From contig JACPQN010000139.1 of NCBI GenBank assembly GCA_016190485.1, positions 1-61,426 of the forward strand: 61,426 nucleotides of DNA. Direction: 5' to 3'. Under the pieces are notes generated by a model that was not told the DNA's origin, did not search any database, and saw only the letters and a list, made by a program, of their open reading frames with translations. Shown one piece after another: positions 8,395-18,461 of the stretch. The translations under genes were made by a program, and so were the position numbers. Every line of letters starts with the position of its first letter. The first letter of the stretch is position 1. Origin of the DNA: Chloroflexota bacterium (GTDB lineage Bacteria > Chloroflexota > Dehalococcoidia > SHYD01).

Positions 8395-8573
8395 CGAGGG
8401 CGCTCCACCGGAATGGCGGCTACGAAGGTGTGCAACGCATCGTGCATAGCTCCCCTATCCTACCGTGGCGCGGGCACGCTGTAAATCGCTGCTGGCGTTG
8501 CGATGCGCGCTGGGCGCAAAGTTGCTACACTTGGGGGACAGATCAGGCGCATAGCATCAACCGAGGGGCGGCC

Positions 8574-9401
8574 ATGGCGGACGAGCGTACCTTCCAGGTG
8601 GACCTGCTGCAAGCCTTCATCCAGGCGGTGAACCGCAACGAGGCGGTGGCCCTGGTGACGGTGGTCAAGAGCCAGGCAGAGGGCGCGCCGCCCCAGAGCG
8701 CCAAGATGGTGGTCTGGGGCGACGGCCGGGTGCTGGGCAGCCTGGGCGGAGATTTCGATCCGGCGGTGCTGGAGGACGCCCGCCAGGCCCTGGCCCTGGG
8801 CGCTTCCCAGTCCTTCATCTACCCCAAGGCGTCGGTGCGCACTCGCCGGATGGAGGAAATGGCCTCCTTTGAGGTCTACGTGGAGGTGGTGCAGCCTCCG
8901 ACTCTGCTGGTGGTGGGAGGTGGCCACGTGGGGGGCAGCGTGGCCCGCCTGGCCAAGGTGGCGGGCTTTCAGGTGGTGGTGCTGGATGACCGCCCCGACT
9001 TCGCCAACCGGGAGCACTTTCCGGAGGTGGACCAGGTCATCTGCGAAGACTTCACGTCCGCCCTCCAGAAGTTCCCCATCAGCGAGACGACGTACATCGT
9101 GGTGGTGACCCGAGGCCACAAGCACGACGAGGCGGCCTTGCGGGAGGTGGTGGGTTCGCCCGCGGCCTACGTCGGCATGATCGGCAGCCGCCGGCGGGCG
9201 GGCACGGTGCTCAAGCTGCTGCGGGACTCCGGTGTCCCCAAAGAGGCGTTGGAGCGAGTGCGCACCCCCATCGGCCTGGACATCCACGCCGAGACGCCGG
9301 AGGAGATCGCCGTGAGCATTGTGGCCGAGCTGATCATGACCCGCAACGGCGGCACCGGCCGCCCGCTGTCTCAGGTGGAGCGGATCAGCTTTCTGGACTA
9401 G
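8574..9401 (+). CDS. XdhC/CoxI-family molybdenum-cofactor insertion accessory protein
   Basis: LLVVGGGHVGGSVARLAKVAGFQVVVLDDRP and VVVTRGHKHDEAAL motifs. ATG at 8574 preceded by GAGGGG. The ORF-track start at 8430 adds an implausible Trp/Cys/Arg-rich leader. Confidence 0.8.
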   Translation: MADERTFQVDLLQAFIQAVNRNEAVALVTVVKSQAEGAPPQSAKMVVWGDGRVLGSLGGDFDPAVLEDARQALALGASQSFIYPKASVRTRRMEEMASFEVYVEVVQPPTLLVVGGGHVGGSVARLAKVAGFQVVVLDDRPDFANREHFPEVDQVICEDFTSALQKFPISETTYIVVVTRGHKHDEAALREVVGSPAAYVGMIGSRRRAGTVLKLLRDSGVPKEALERVRTPIGLDIHAETPEEIAVSIVAELIMTRNGGTGRPLSQVERISFLD

Positions 9402-9567
9402 TACTTGGTTGCGAAAAAACGCGCTAAAAGAAGCCGCTCATGGTGAGCCGAGTTTACCCTGAGCCGGGCCGAAGGGAACCACGAGCGGCTCTCCCTTCGA
9501 CAAGCTCAGGGTGAGCGGGGTTGGGACGGACCCAGTGCACACGAACTTACGCAACCAAGTTACTAGT
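9397..9567. mobile_element. MITE-like element: ACTAGTACTTGGTTGCG ... CGCAACCAAGTTACTAGT terminal inverted repeats around a REP-1 stem-loop core (9436-9518)
   Basis: The 17-bp inverted ends (one indel) were read directly. The core GCTCATGGTGAGCCGAGTTTACCCTGAGC..GCCGAAGGGAACCA.GAGC recurs at 44232-44337. The left ACTAGT contains the XdhC stop codon. Confidence 0.6.
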
Positions 9568-9627
9568 GCCGTGGCCCGGCAGGCGCCACGCGGGTGTCTC
9601 GCCGGATAGGACCATCAGGCCTGCAGC

Positions 9628-12600
9628 TTACTCACGCCCAAACTTCAACCAGATGGTCGCCGGCGCGCTCACCGTGGGTGGCCCGGCACGGTAGATTACC
9701 CAGAGAAAGTCCACCACGCCGGCCGACTCCTCCGTCGGCCCATCGGCGAGGCCCCCACCCCAGCCCGAAAGGGCCAGTTTGCGCGTGGGCCCATAGGGCT
9801 GGACTCCCCAGCGGTTCCAGTCCTCGGCGCTGATGGGGCTGACCGACCACCTGCCCGTGGAAGTCCCATACTGCCAGACCCCGCCAGCCTGGAGCTCCAG
9901 CCGACCATAGCGAGCGGGGTTGTCGGGGCCGCGTCTCCCATCGTCGTAGTAGATTTGCGCCGAGTAGACCCGCCAGGTCCCAAGAAAGACCGCAGGGGTC
10001 TCTCCGGAGGAAGGTGTGGGTAACGGAGTCTGGGTAGGCGCAGGGGTCGCCGTCTGAGTTGGCGCCGGTGCAGCGGTCTGGGTCGGCGCCGGGGTGGCGG
10101 TGCGAGTTGGGGTAGGGGTAGCAGCGCCGGTCTGGGTAGTGAAGCGCCACGCCGGCGACCAGGCCACGGACACACCGTCGCCCTGCACCCGCGGCCGCAC
10201 CCGCCAGTAGTAGGTAGCTCCCGGGGCCAGCGGGTACTCCGGGGACACGGCATAGCTGTTGCGGGGAGTGGTCACGCCGCCGTGGCGCATCTCCCAATAG
10301 ACGAAGGCTGTGGCCTTGGCCGGATCCGTCTCGAACGCCGGGTCGGTGCTGAGCTGCACTTCGTAGTACCAGGCGGCCGGCGCGCTATCCTGCCACTGGA
10401 GCGTGGGTGTGAGGGTCGTCACAGCGCTCCTGTCGGGGGGCGCTAGCGGGGTGATCCCTGCGCTGCTCGCTTTGGGCGTGCGGAAGACCCAGGCCGGCGA
10501 CCAGGGTCCCCAGCGGGGGTCCTCAGGGGTGATGAAGACCGTCGCGCTAGTGGTGCGGACCGTCCAGGTGTAGGTCATGTCGGGCAACAGGAAGTACCAG
10601 TCGGGAGGCGCCAGGACTGAGAAAGCGCCAGATGGACCTGACACGTCGCTAATGATGTCCAAGCCAGGGCCGTCGGACGCGTAAGGCACGACACGCAGCT
10701 CGAACTGGGTCGCGCCCGCGGGGTTGGCCCAGCGGAACGACGTTTCAAAGGCCGGCAGGGTGGCGCAGTGGGCCGGAGCCGAGGGCGCGGGCGCGCCCAC
10801 CACGGGAGCCGCCGCGGGGCCGCAGGGAGTTGCCGCAGGACTCGCCGTGGGCGTGGGTGATGGGGTGGTCACGGGAGTGGTGGTGGGGCCTGGCGACACC
10901 GGAGTCGCGGGCGTGGGTGTGGCCGATGGCCCCACCGCGATCTTTGTGGGGTCGACCACCGCGATGGTGCCATCGGAGGCGTTACCCACGAAGACCAACC
11001 CGGTGCCCGGATCAACGCTCAGGCCATGCGCCCCGTTGCCCGTGGCGAGGGTGGCAACCACGGCGCCCGTGGCGCCGTCCAGGATGGTGAGAGTGCCGTC
11101 GGTGGAATCAGTGACGAACACCTGATGCGTTCGGGGGTTGGCGGCCACCAGGGCCGCACGGTTGCCGGTGAAAGCCTGCGAGATGAAGGCCCCCGTTGCG
11201 GCGTCCAGCACCATCAGTCCGCTAAAGTCCCCGATGGTGTTGGGTGTAATGGTCACATACAGCCGGCGCGGCCCCGGATCTATCGCCAGCCCCCAGACGT
11301 TGGCGAGTTGCGGTTGCCAGGTCGCGACCACCTGATGGGTGTCCGAATCCACGACGCTAATGGTGCCGCTACCGAGATTGGCCACGTAGACCCGCCGGCC
11401 GTCGTCGTCAACGGCAATGCCCATGGGTCGCTCGCCCACCGCTACCGTGGCTATCACCTGATTCGTCATGCCGTCCAGGACCGTCAGGCCCTGCTCGCCC
11501 GTGACATAGACTCGATGGGTGACGGTGCTCACGGCCAGACCCTGAGCGCGCTTCCCCACGTTGACGCTGCCCTTCACCTGGCCGTCTACGGCGTTCAGAA
11601 CGGTCAGGGTGCCCTCATCGTAGTTCAGGCTGTAGACCTGGCGCACTTCAGGGTCTACGGCCACCGCCCAGGGGCCTGCTCCCGAGGGCCAGCTCGCCAC
11701 CAGGGAGCCGTTAGTGGCGTCCAGCACGGAGATGGCGTCCGCAGGGTAGTTGGCGCCGTAGAGCCGCTTGGTGGCGGGATCGTAGGCCAGGCCAAAATCG
11801 GCGTTACCCAGGGGGATGGTGGTGACCAGGGTCTGCCGCTGGGCATCCAGCACGCTTAGGCTGTCGCTCATGGTGTCAGCAACGTAGACCCGCCGGGCAA
11901 CCTCGTCCACAGCGATAGCGCTGGGCAGGCGCAACACCTCGATGGACTTCAGCTTGCTGCCCGCGCTGTCAAAGATGTTCACCAGGTTACTGCCGCTTTC
12001 TGTGACGTAGATCAGATGGGTGGCGGGGTCTACGGCCACCCCCCGGGGGAAGAGTCCCGCGGGAAAGAGGCTGACCTCCCGAGGGCCGCCGCTACCGATG
12101 TCGATGACTGTCACCGTCCCGGTATCGTAATCCGCCGCGTAGAGCCGGGACCCTGGGTCAACGGCTATCCCAGAGAGGCTGAGCCGCAGGTTTAGAGGCA
12201 CCTGCGCCTCGATGCTCTTGGTTCGCCCGTTGATGGCCACGATGGTCCAGGGGGCCGCCTGCACCGTGACATAGGCCAGGTGGGTGCTGCGGTCCACCGC
12301 CACGGCATAAGCGCCACCGCTCAAAGCAACCGTCCCTGTCACCGCGCCGGTGGCGGCGTCCAGGATGGTCACGCTCTTCCCAGAGCTGTTGGCCACATAG
12401 ACCAGCCCCTGGTCCGGATCGGCGGCGATACCGGTCGGCCCTCTCCCCACCTGGGTAGTGGTTACCACCGTGTTGGTCCGGCTGTTGATGATGGACACCG
12501 TATCATCGTCTTCATTGGTCACATACACCCGCTGTCGCATCGGGTCCACCGCGATACCCTGGGTCACACCGTTTATGGCTTTACCCACCGGAACCGTGGT

Positions 12601-13281
12601 GACGACCTTTCTGCTCGAGGCGTCCACCACGCTCACCCGGTCGGTAGGCAGCAAGTCGGCGTTGACTTTCAGATCGCCATACACGGGCCTGTGGACCACG
12701 TAAATGCGCTGCTGGAGCGGGTCCACGGCCAGGGCGGACGGAGCGCCTGCGGACGGCAGGGGGCCGCCGGGCCATATCGTCACGCCGGGGGGCGGAGCGC
12801 CGGTGGGTGTGGCTGTGGGCGTAGCAGTCGCAACGGCGGTGCTGGTGGCAGTGGCCGCCGGGGTACCGGTAGCAGCCGGTGTCGGCGTGGGCGCGCCTGC
12901 CCCTGTGGTCACCGTGAATTCTGCGGTGGTGTAGAAGTCGCTGGTGAACCCCACTGCCCAGACGGGGTAGCTCCCTGGGGCGGCCTCGGGCACGGTGAAG
13001 GTGGCGTTGCTGAAGGCGCCGGAAGCGTCGGCCGTAGGCTGAGCCAAGACGGTCCCGAATTGACTGCCCCAGCGAAGTCTGACCGTCTCGCCAGCTTGAA
13101 AGCCGGTGCCGCTGGCGGACACCGTCGCCCCCGCCGCGCCGGAGGCCGGCGAAAGCGACAGGGTGGGGTTGGCGGCATGGAGGCGCAGGGCCGGGGTGAG
13201 GAGGACCAGGACAACCAGCATGGAGCCGAAGAAAAGATATGCGAGCCGGTGCAAAGGTCGCAGCGTCCGTTCTCGATGCAC
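9628..13281 (-). CDS. Large secreted YVTN/YncE-type beta-propeller repeat protein with Pro/Thr-rich linkers and C-terminal Ig/FN3-like modules
   Basis: 1217 aa. N-terminal signal/anchor LFFGSMLVVLVLLTPALRLHA. Many repeats of the type RVYVTNEDDDTVSIIN, LVYVANSSGKSVTILD and RVYVANLGSGTISVVD. PT-rich linkers. Confidence 0.85.
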   Translation of the reverse strand: MHRERTLRPLHRLAYLFFGSMLVVLVLLTPALRLHAANPTLSLSPASGAAGATVSASGTGFQAGETVRLRWGSQFGTVLAQPTADASGAFSNATFTVPEAAPGSYPVWAVGFTSDFYTTAEFTVTTGAGAPTPTPAATGTPAATATSTAVATATPTATPTGAPPPGVTIWPGGPLPSAGAPSALAVDPLQQRIYVVHRPVYGDLKVNADLLPTDRVSVVDASSRKVVTTVPVGKAINGVTQGIAVDPMRQRVYVTNEDDDTVSIINSRTNTVVTTTQVGRGPTGIAADPDQGLVYVANSSGKSVTILDAATGAVTGTVALSGGAYAVAVDRSTHLAYVTVQAAPWTIVAINGRTKSIEAQVPLNLRLSLSGIAVDPGSRLYAADYDTGTVTVIDIGSGGPREVSLFPAGLFPRGVAVDPATHLIYVTESGSNLVNIFDSAGSKLKSIEVLRLPSAIAVDEVARRVYVADTMSDSLSVLDAQRQTLVTTIPLGNADFGLAYDPATKRLYGANYPADAISVLDATNGSLVASWPSGAGPWAVAVDPEVRQVYSLNYDEGTLTVLNAVDGQVKGSVNVGKRAQGLAVSTVTHRVYVTGEQGLTVLDGMTNQVIATVAVGERPMGIAVDDDGRRVYVANLGSGTISVVDSDTHQVVATWQPQLANVWGLAIDPGPRRLYVTITPNTIGDFSGLMVLDAATGAFISQAFTGNRAALVAANPRTHQVFVTDSTDGTLTILDGATGAVVATLATGNGAHGLSVDPGTGLVFVGNASDGTIAVVDPTKIAVGPSATPTPATPVSPGPTTTPVTTPSPTPTASPAATPCGPAAAPVVGAPAPSAPAHCATLPAFETSFRWANPAGATQFELRVVPYASDGPGLDIISDVSGPSGAFSVLAPPDWYFLLPDMTYTWTVRTTSATVFITPEDPRWGPWSPAWVFRTPKASSAGITPLAPPDRSAVTTLTPTLQWQDSAPAAWYYEVQLSTDPAFETDPAKATAFVYWEMRHGGVTTPRNSYAVSPEYPLAPGATYYWRVRPRVQGDGVSVAWSPAWRFTTQTGAATPTPTRTATPAPTQTAAPAPTQTATPAPTQTPLPTPSSGETPAVFLGTWRVYSAQIYYDDGRRGPDNPARYGRLELQAGGVWQYGTSTGRWSVSPISAEDWNRWGVQPYGPTRKLALSGWGGGLADGPTEESAGVVDFLWVIYRAGPPTVSAPATIWLKFGRE

Positions 13282-13531
13282 TGTTCTCGTTACCTCCGAT
13301 TTCGGAATGATACCTACGCCAGCCTGGTCAAGGAACCGGTGCCTCGACCCTTGGGAGCCGATCTCCGCCCATCCTACACCTAGGAGCGCCGCAAGGGGAA
13401 TACGCCATGCGGCGGAGGGAGCCAGGAGACAGGTTCTCCTGGTCTGGGCGTAGCTCCATCGCCCCGGGCCGCCGCATGGCTCCAGCCGCGGTTGTGTTAC
13501 AATAATACTCTAGAAACCGGCCGAGGCTTCC

Positions 13532-14452
13532 GTGATCCAGGCCCAACACCTGGTGAAGCGCTTTGGCGCCTTCACCGCGGTTTACGATGTCACCCTTCAG
13601 GTAGAGCCGGGGGAAATCCTCGCCCTGCTGGGCCCCAACGGCGCGGGCAAGACCACCACGGTGCGGATGCTCGCTTCCCTCCTCCTCCCTTCGGAGGGCG
13701 TCGCGACCATCGCAGGCTATGACTCGGTGCGAGATGCCGCCCAGGTGCGCCGGGTGGTGGGGCTGCTCACGGAGATCCCGGGCCTCTACTCCCGCATGAG
13801 CGCCGAGGACTACCTGGACTTCTTCGGGCAGCTCTCCAGGCTGTCCTCTCAGGAGCGCTCGGACCGGGCAAGGCACCTACTCACCTACTTCGGAGTCTGG
13901 CCCGACCGCCAGCGTTCCATCGGCTCCTACAGCAAGGGAATGCGGCAGAAAGTGGCCCTGGCCCGGGCCCTGATCCATGACCCCCAAGTGGTGCTGCTGG
14001 ACGAGCCTACTTCGGCGATGGACCCCGCGAGCGCCAAGGCGGTGCGAGACTACATCCGAGGCCTTCAGGCGGCAGGCAGGGCCATCATGTTGTGCACCCA
14101 CAATCTGGCGGAGGCCGAGGCCCTGGCCGACCGCATCGCCATCATCAAGCGTGGGCGCATCGTGGCCCATGGGGCCAGTGCCGAGCTGAAGCGGCAACTG
14201 CTGGGCGCCCCCCTTTACGAGGTGCGCTTGGCCCGACCCGTCGGCGGGGAGCTGTTCTCCCTGGACGGGCTGCTCCAGGTGGACGCGTGGGATGAGACTT
14301 GGGTGCGCTATCGGACCGCGTGTCCCGAACAGGCGAATCCGGCCTTCGTCCAGCACCTGGTGTCTGCCGGGGCAGAGGTGGTCAGTGTGAGCCAGTTGCC
14401 CCAGAGCTTGGAGGCGCTCTACCTGCACATGGTGGGGGAGGAGTCACCCTAG
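13532..14452 (+). CDS. ABC transporter ATP-binding protein
   Basis: Walker A GPNGAGKTT, signature YSKGMRQKVALA, Walker B VVLLDEPTSAMD. Confidence 0.9.
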   Translation: MIQAQHLVKRFGAFTAVYDVTLQVEPGEILALLGPNGAGKTTTVRMLASLLLPSEGVATIAGYDSVRDAAQVRRVVGLLTEIPGLYSRMSAEDYLDFFGQLSRLSSQERSDRARHLLTYFGVWPDRQRSIGSYSKGMRQKVALARALIHDPQVVLLDEPTSAMDPASAKAVRDYIRGLQAAGRAIMLCTHNLAEAEALADRIAIIKRGRIVAHGASAELKRQLLGAPLYEVRLARPVGGELFSLDGLLQVDAWDETWVRYRTACPEQANPAFVQHLVSAGAEVVSVSQLPQSLEALYLHMVGEESP

Positions 14453-15891
14453 TGCCGGCCCTTGCACTGGTCATCGCTAAGCGAGAGATCAAGGAAACCG
14501 TCACCGACTGGCGGATCCTGCTCCCCATGCTTACCCTGGCGCTGCTCTTCCCAGGGCTCATGGTGAGCGGCATGACCATCGGGTTGCCCTACATGGACAG
14601 GGTAGACCCTACCTTGGCCGGAGAGAAGGCGGCCCTCTTCGGCGCGACCATGGCGGCCTTTTTCCCCATTTCCTTCAGCCTCATCATCGCGCTGGAGAGC
14701 TTTGCGGGTGAGAAGGAGCGCAACACGCTGGAGGCCCTGCTGGCTACGCCGGTCTCGGATGGAGAGCTGTTCCTAGGCAAGGTCCTCGCGGTGCTGGCGC
14801 CCCCGACGTTCCTCAGCGTCGTGGGGCTCGCCGTCTTCGCCATCGGCGCGCTGCTGGCCATGGACCTGCGAGTGGCTCCCGACTTCTTGCTGCTGGCGCT
14901 GGTGCTGAGCCTGGTGCAGGCCCTGGTCATGGTGGCTGCGGCCGTCATCGTCTCCAGCCAGACGGCCAGTGTCAAGGCGGCTAACCTGCTGGCCAGCTTC
15001 ATTATCATTCCGGTGGCTCTTGTGGTGCAGGGCGAGGTGATCCTGCTCCTCATCGGCTTCGGCCATCTTCTCTGGTTCATTTTGCTGGAGTTCCTGCTGG
15101 TGGCGGTGGTGCTGGTGCGCATGGGGATCCGGCTGTTCAACCGGGAAGAGATCCTCACCCGTGAGAACAATGACCTCCATCTGACCGACCTGGCCCGCCT
15201 GCTGTTGCACTTCTGGCGGCAGGAGCCAAGGGCCGCGGCGGCGGAGCGCGTGGCGCGGCCCCTGAGCCTGGTGCGGCTCTATCGCACCGACCTGCTCCAG
15301 CTTCTGGGTCTCTACCGGGGCCAGCTCGGTATGGTGGCCCTGATGCTGGTGGCCGGCGGGATCACCGGATACGTCTTCGCCTTGCAGCACCCCCTGGAGT
15401 TGCCCCTGGCGAACCTGTTCCAGGCGCTGGGGAGCCGGGCCGCCACGGAGCTGGCCGACTCCCTCTCCCCGGTGGCCATTTTTGTGCATAACCTGCGTAC
15501 CCTGGCCCTGGCGGGACTGCTCTCCCTCTTTACCCTGGGCATCGCGGGGCTGGTGATGGTGGTGCTCACCGCCGGCAGCGTGGGCTTTTTGGCTGGCCAG
15601 GTGGCCATGGCCGGGCTTGACCTGCCCACCTTCTTTCTGGCTTTCATTCTCCCCCACGGTGTCTTCGAGCTCCCGGCACTGGCTCTGGCCGGCGCGCTGA
15701 ACCTGTGGCTGGGCATGTGCCTGATGACGCTCCCCAAGGGTCAGCCCCTGGGAGATGCGTTGCTGCTGGCCCTGGTCAACTGGGCTAAGGGTGCGGCGGC
15801 CTTTGTGCCCCTGTTGCTGGTGGCCGCGGTGGTGGAAGCCAAAGTCACACCGCTGGTAGTGGTGGCGCTCTACAGCGGGGCGGCTCGATGA
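14452..15891 (+). CDS. Fusion of an ABC-2-type permease (N-terminal) with a SpoIIM-like membrane domain (C-terminal)
   Basis: GTG at 14452 overlaps the ATPase stop (TAGTG). Multiple TM segments. C-terminal FVHNLRTLALAGLLS...ILPHGVFELPALALAGA matches the SpoIIM-type motif. The ORF-track start at 14299 lies inside the ATPase gene. Confidence 0.75.
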   Translation: MPALALVIAKREIKETVTDWRILLPMLTLALLFPGLMVSGMTIGLPYMDRVDPTLAGEKAALFGATMAAFFPISFSLIIALESFAGEKERNTLEALLATPVSDGELFLGKVLAVLAPPTFLSVVGLAVFAIGALLAMDLRVAPDFLLLALVLSLVQALVMVAAAVIVSSQTASVKAANLLASFIIIPVALVVQGEVILLLIGFGHLLWFILLEFLLVAVVLVRMGIRLFNREEILTRENNDLHLTDLARLLLHFWRQEPRAAAAERVARPLSLVRLYRTDLLQLLGLYRGQLGMVALMLVAGGITGYVFALQHPLELPLANLFQALGSRAATELADSLSPVAIFVHNLRTLALAGLLSLFTLGIAGLVMVVLTAGSVGFLAGQVAMAGLDLPTFFLAFILPHGVFELPALALAGALNLWLGMCLMTLPKGQPLGDALLLALVNWAKGAAAFVPLLLVAAVVEAKVTPLVVVALYSGAAR

Positions 15892-16640
15892 GCAGCGTCA
15901 TTCACCCTGCTCCCGACTTCGTGTTCCAGCCCGCTCACGAGGTGTCGCGCGCGCGTCGGGTCCTCATTAAGCCCGCAGCGGCGTATCCGCTGCCCTACCC
16001 GGTCACTACCAGCCGGGAGACCCTGGCCGCTGTCATTCGTGGCCTCCGCCGGGTGAGCGACGCGGACATTGTGCTGCTGGAAGGCCCGGCGGAGGATGAG
16101 CACGCCCGCTCCGTCTACCGCACCCTGGGCTACGACTTCCCCCGGGTGCTGGGGTTGGACGTGCGAGATTGTACGCTGGTGGAGGTGGAGAACCCGCTGC
16201 CCAAGCCCTACGCGCTGGCCAACTTCTGGGTGCCCAATGTGGTGCTCTCCTGCGATTACCTGATCTCGGTGACGCCCTTCAAGGTGGCCGAGGGCCAGGG
16301 CTGGTTCAGTGTGGCCAACCTGCTGGGGCTGCTGCCCCAGTCTAAGTACGGCGATGGCGCGGGTAGAGACCGGGGCCTGCTCGGACGGGCGAACATCCAG
16401 AGCGTGCTGGCCGACCTCTACTTCACCCTGCCCTTCGACCTGGGCATCGTGGACGCACGCATGAAGTTCAGCACCGAACGGGACCCTACCAAGGGCGCCA
16501 TCGAAGAGTACGGGAAGATCTTTGAGGGTGAGCCCTTCGACGTGGATTGCGCCGCCAGCCGGGCCACCGACACCCAGACTGGCTACCTCAGGCTCATCGC
16601 TACCGCCAAGACTGAGCTGGAAGCCCAGTTGAAGAGCTAG
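15888..16640 (+). CDS. DUF362-like protein
   Basis: ATGA overlap with the permease stop. RVLIKPAAAYPLPYPVTTSRETL...GYDFP...CDYLISVTPFKV follows the DUF362 pattern as I remember it. Not verified. Confidence 0.6.
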   Translation: MSSVIHPAPDFVFQPAHEVSRARRVLIKPAAAYPLPYPVTTSRETLAAVIRGLRRVSDADIVLLEGPAEDEHARSVYRTLGYDFPRVLGLDVRDCTLVEVENPLPKPYALANFWVPNVVLSCDYLISVTPFKVAEGQGWFSVANLLGLLPQSKYGDGAGRDRGLLGRANIQSVLADLYFTLPFDLGIVDARMKFSTERDPTKGAIEEYGKIFEGEPFDVDCAASRATDTQTGYLRLIATAKTELEAQLKS

Positions 16641-16667
16641 TCGCCCATACCCTCTGCGAGGACGAGA

Positions 16668-17180
16668 ATGATGTCAAGCTCAGCATCGCCAGATGCCATG
16701 GCACAGAACGCTTCAGGCGAGACCGAGGCAATGCCGCCCCGCTACCACATTCAGCTCTCCCTGTTTGAGGCTCAGGGGCGCTCCTTCGCCTACCTGGCCA
16801 GGCAGCGGATGTGCCCCCAGTCCCTGGCGCGCCTGGGTGAAGAGGTGGAGGTACGGGTGCCCGTGGCACAGCCCCGCTCCAGGAAGGTGACCTTCCAAAG
16901 CAAGGCCGCCCGCTACGGCGACGACCCCATCGCCGTGATCCAGGAGTGCTGCGCCAAGACCAGCGAGTATCGAGAGCGACAGCTCGGCCTTAAAGAGATC
17001 CTCTTCCGCCTCCTGCTGGCGGATGGTAACCGCCCCAAGACGGCCGAGGAGCTCTACGGTGAGGTGATGGAGTGGGTGAGCTTCAGCGACGGGCGGGTGA
17101 TCACACCCCAGGCCATCCAGCGCCTGCTGGAGCGGGATGATTTCTACTGCTTCGCCCCGGTTCCGGAAGGGCCGTCCTAG
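16668..17180 (+). CDS. Hypothetical protein (170 aa)
   Basis: ATG preceded by GAGGA. Reasonable amino-acid composition. No motif recognised. Confidence 0.55.
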   Translation: MMSSSASPDAMAQNASGETEAMPPRYHIQLSLFEAQGRSFAYLARQRMCPQSLARLGEEVEVRVPVAQPRSRKVTFQSKAARYGDDPIAVIQECCAKTSEYRERQLGLKEILFRLLLADGNRPKTAEELYGEVMEWVSFSDGRVITPQAIQRLLERDDFYCFAPVPEGPS

Positions 17181-18325
17181 CGGGCAGAGAGGGCGACGTT
17201 GGCCACCAGGCTCTCGTAGTCCCAGCCGCTGGCGCTGACCTGGACGGAAAGGATGCGCTTGGGGGGTGGCGCCAGCGTCATGAAATTGGTGGGCGCTGTG
17301 TACTTGAGCCACACTTGCTGGGGCACAGGAACACCGTCGTTGGTACGGTTATTGGCAAAGTTCTCGTAGTAGAAGCCATAGCCCGCGGTGCTGTCCCCGC
17401 TGGCCGAGCGATAGGTCACTCGTATCACGACCGGATACTCCGAACCAAGGTACCCTCCTCCAGACAGGCTCTGATGCACGAGCTGGAGTTCCAGCGAGAG
17501 CCACAGTTCCGAGAATTCCGACACGTCCCGGTCGATCTCCTGATAGAGATAGGTCTCATTATGCGTGCCTTTGCTTCCCTCGCGGAGAAAGCGCACCGCC
17601 AGGCGCCCGTCTTTCACCGTCAGTGACACTCCTCCAGTGACGTCCGTGCCCTCTTTGAACCCGAGGATATTGCCCTGCAACCACCCGCTGAACCCCTGGG
17701 CAAAATCGCCGTTATAGATCAACTCCTCGTTGGCCGCCACGGGGCCCAAGACCCGCCCGGGTGCCACGGCGAGCCGCTGCCCCCTGACCACGGTATAGGC
17801 GGCGCCATCCACCTCGATGCTGGCCTGCCCTCGCTCTGCGACCCGCAGCCGAGTGTGGCCCCGCTCCACCTGCAGCGTGTAGCTCCCCTCCTCCAGGTCA
17901 AAGACGCCGTGGGGTGTCCGTAGCCGGAAGCTCTTGTCACCCCGCAGGGGTGGGCCGACTCCCACGTGCACCTTGCCCTGCTCCAGCGCGAGCTCTACCT
18001 CCTCCTGCTGCGGGGCAAATCGGGAGGAGCGCTGCCGCAGGAGGTGCACCTCAGTGTTGGAGTAGACCAGGAGCGTGCTGTAGTCAAAGAGGGTCACAAA
18101 GGCCTGGGCGACCTCATCGGTGCGGAGGCGGTCGCCCTCAGCCAGAGCGACGTCTGCGACGGCGCTGACCCACTGGGCCTTGCGGGCAGGCGACTTGAGA
18201 GGGGTGCCGGCGATGGCGGTCACGGTCGCGTCGTGGCGGTCAGTGGCGGTGTCCCAGTAGCCCCTGGCCAGAAGGGCGAGGCCCACCACGAGCAGGACAA
18301 AGGCGATGGAGGCCCCCCACAGCAC
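17177..18325 (-). CDS. Membrane-anchored FecR-like protein with a C-terminal jelly-roll (CBM-like) domain
   Basis: N-terminal TM ASIAFVLLVVGLALLA. FecR-like segment ALAEGDRLRTDEVAQAFVTLFDYSTLLVYSNTEVHL. The C-terminal NGDFAQGFSGW start is typical of CBM4/9-like modules. Calls are by eye. Confidence 0.65.
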   Translation of the reverse strand: MLWGASIAFVLLVVGLALLARGYWDTATDRHDATVTAIAGTPLKSPARKAQWVSAVADVALAEGDRLRTDEVAQAFVTLFDYSTLLVYSNTEVHLLRQRSSRFAPQQEEVELALEQGKVHVGVGPPLRGDKSFRLRTPHGVFDLEEGSYTLQVERGHTRLRVAERGQASIEVDGAAYTVVRGQRLAVAPGRVLGPVAANEELIYNGDFAQGFSGWLQGNILGFKEGTDVTGGVSLTVKDGRLAVRFLREGSKGTHNETYLYQEIDRDVSEFSELWLSLELQLVHQSLSGGGYLGSEYPVVIRVTYRSASGDSTAGYGFYYENFANNRTNDGVPVPQQVWLKYTAPTNFMTLAPPPKRILSVQVSASGWDYESLVANVALSAR

Positions 18326-18461
18326 TGCCCATGCCAGGGCGACCGCACGCCGCCCCGCAGCGGGTACGCCAGACGCGTCGGGGATCGGCCGATCTCCGAC
18401 CAGCAGCAGCGAAGGCTCTCGGTTCAGCGTCCAGCCCTCAGCGGGCAGGGCTGCCCGCCGT

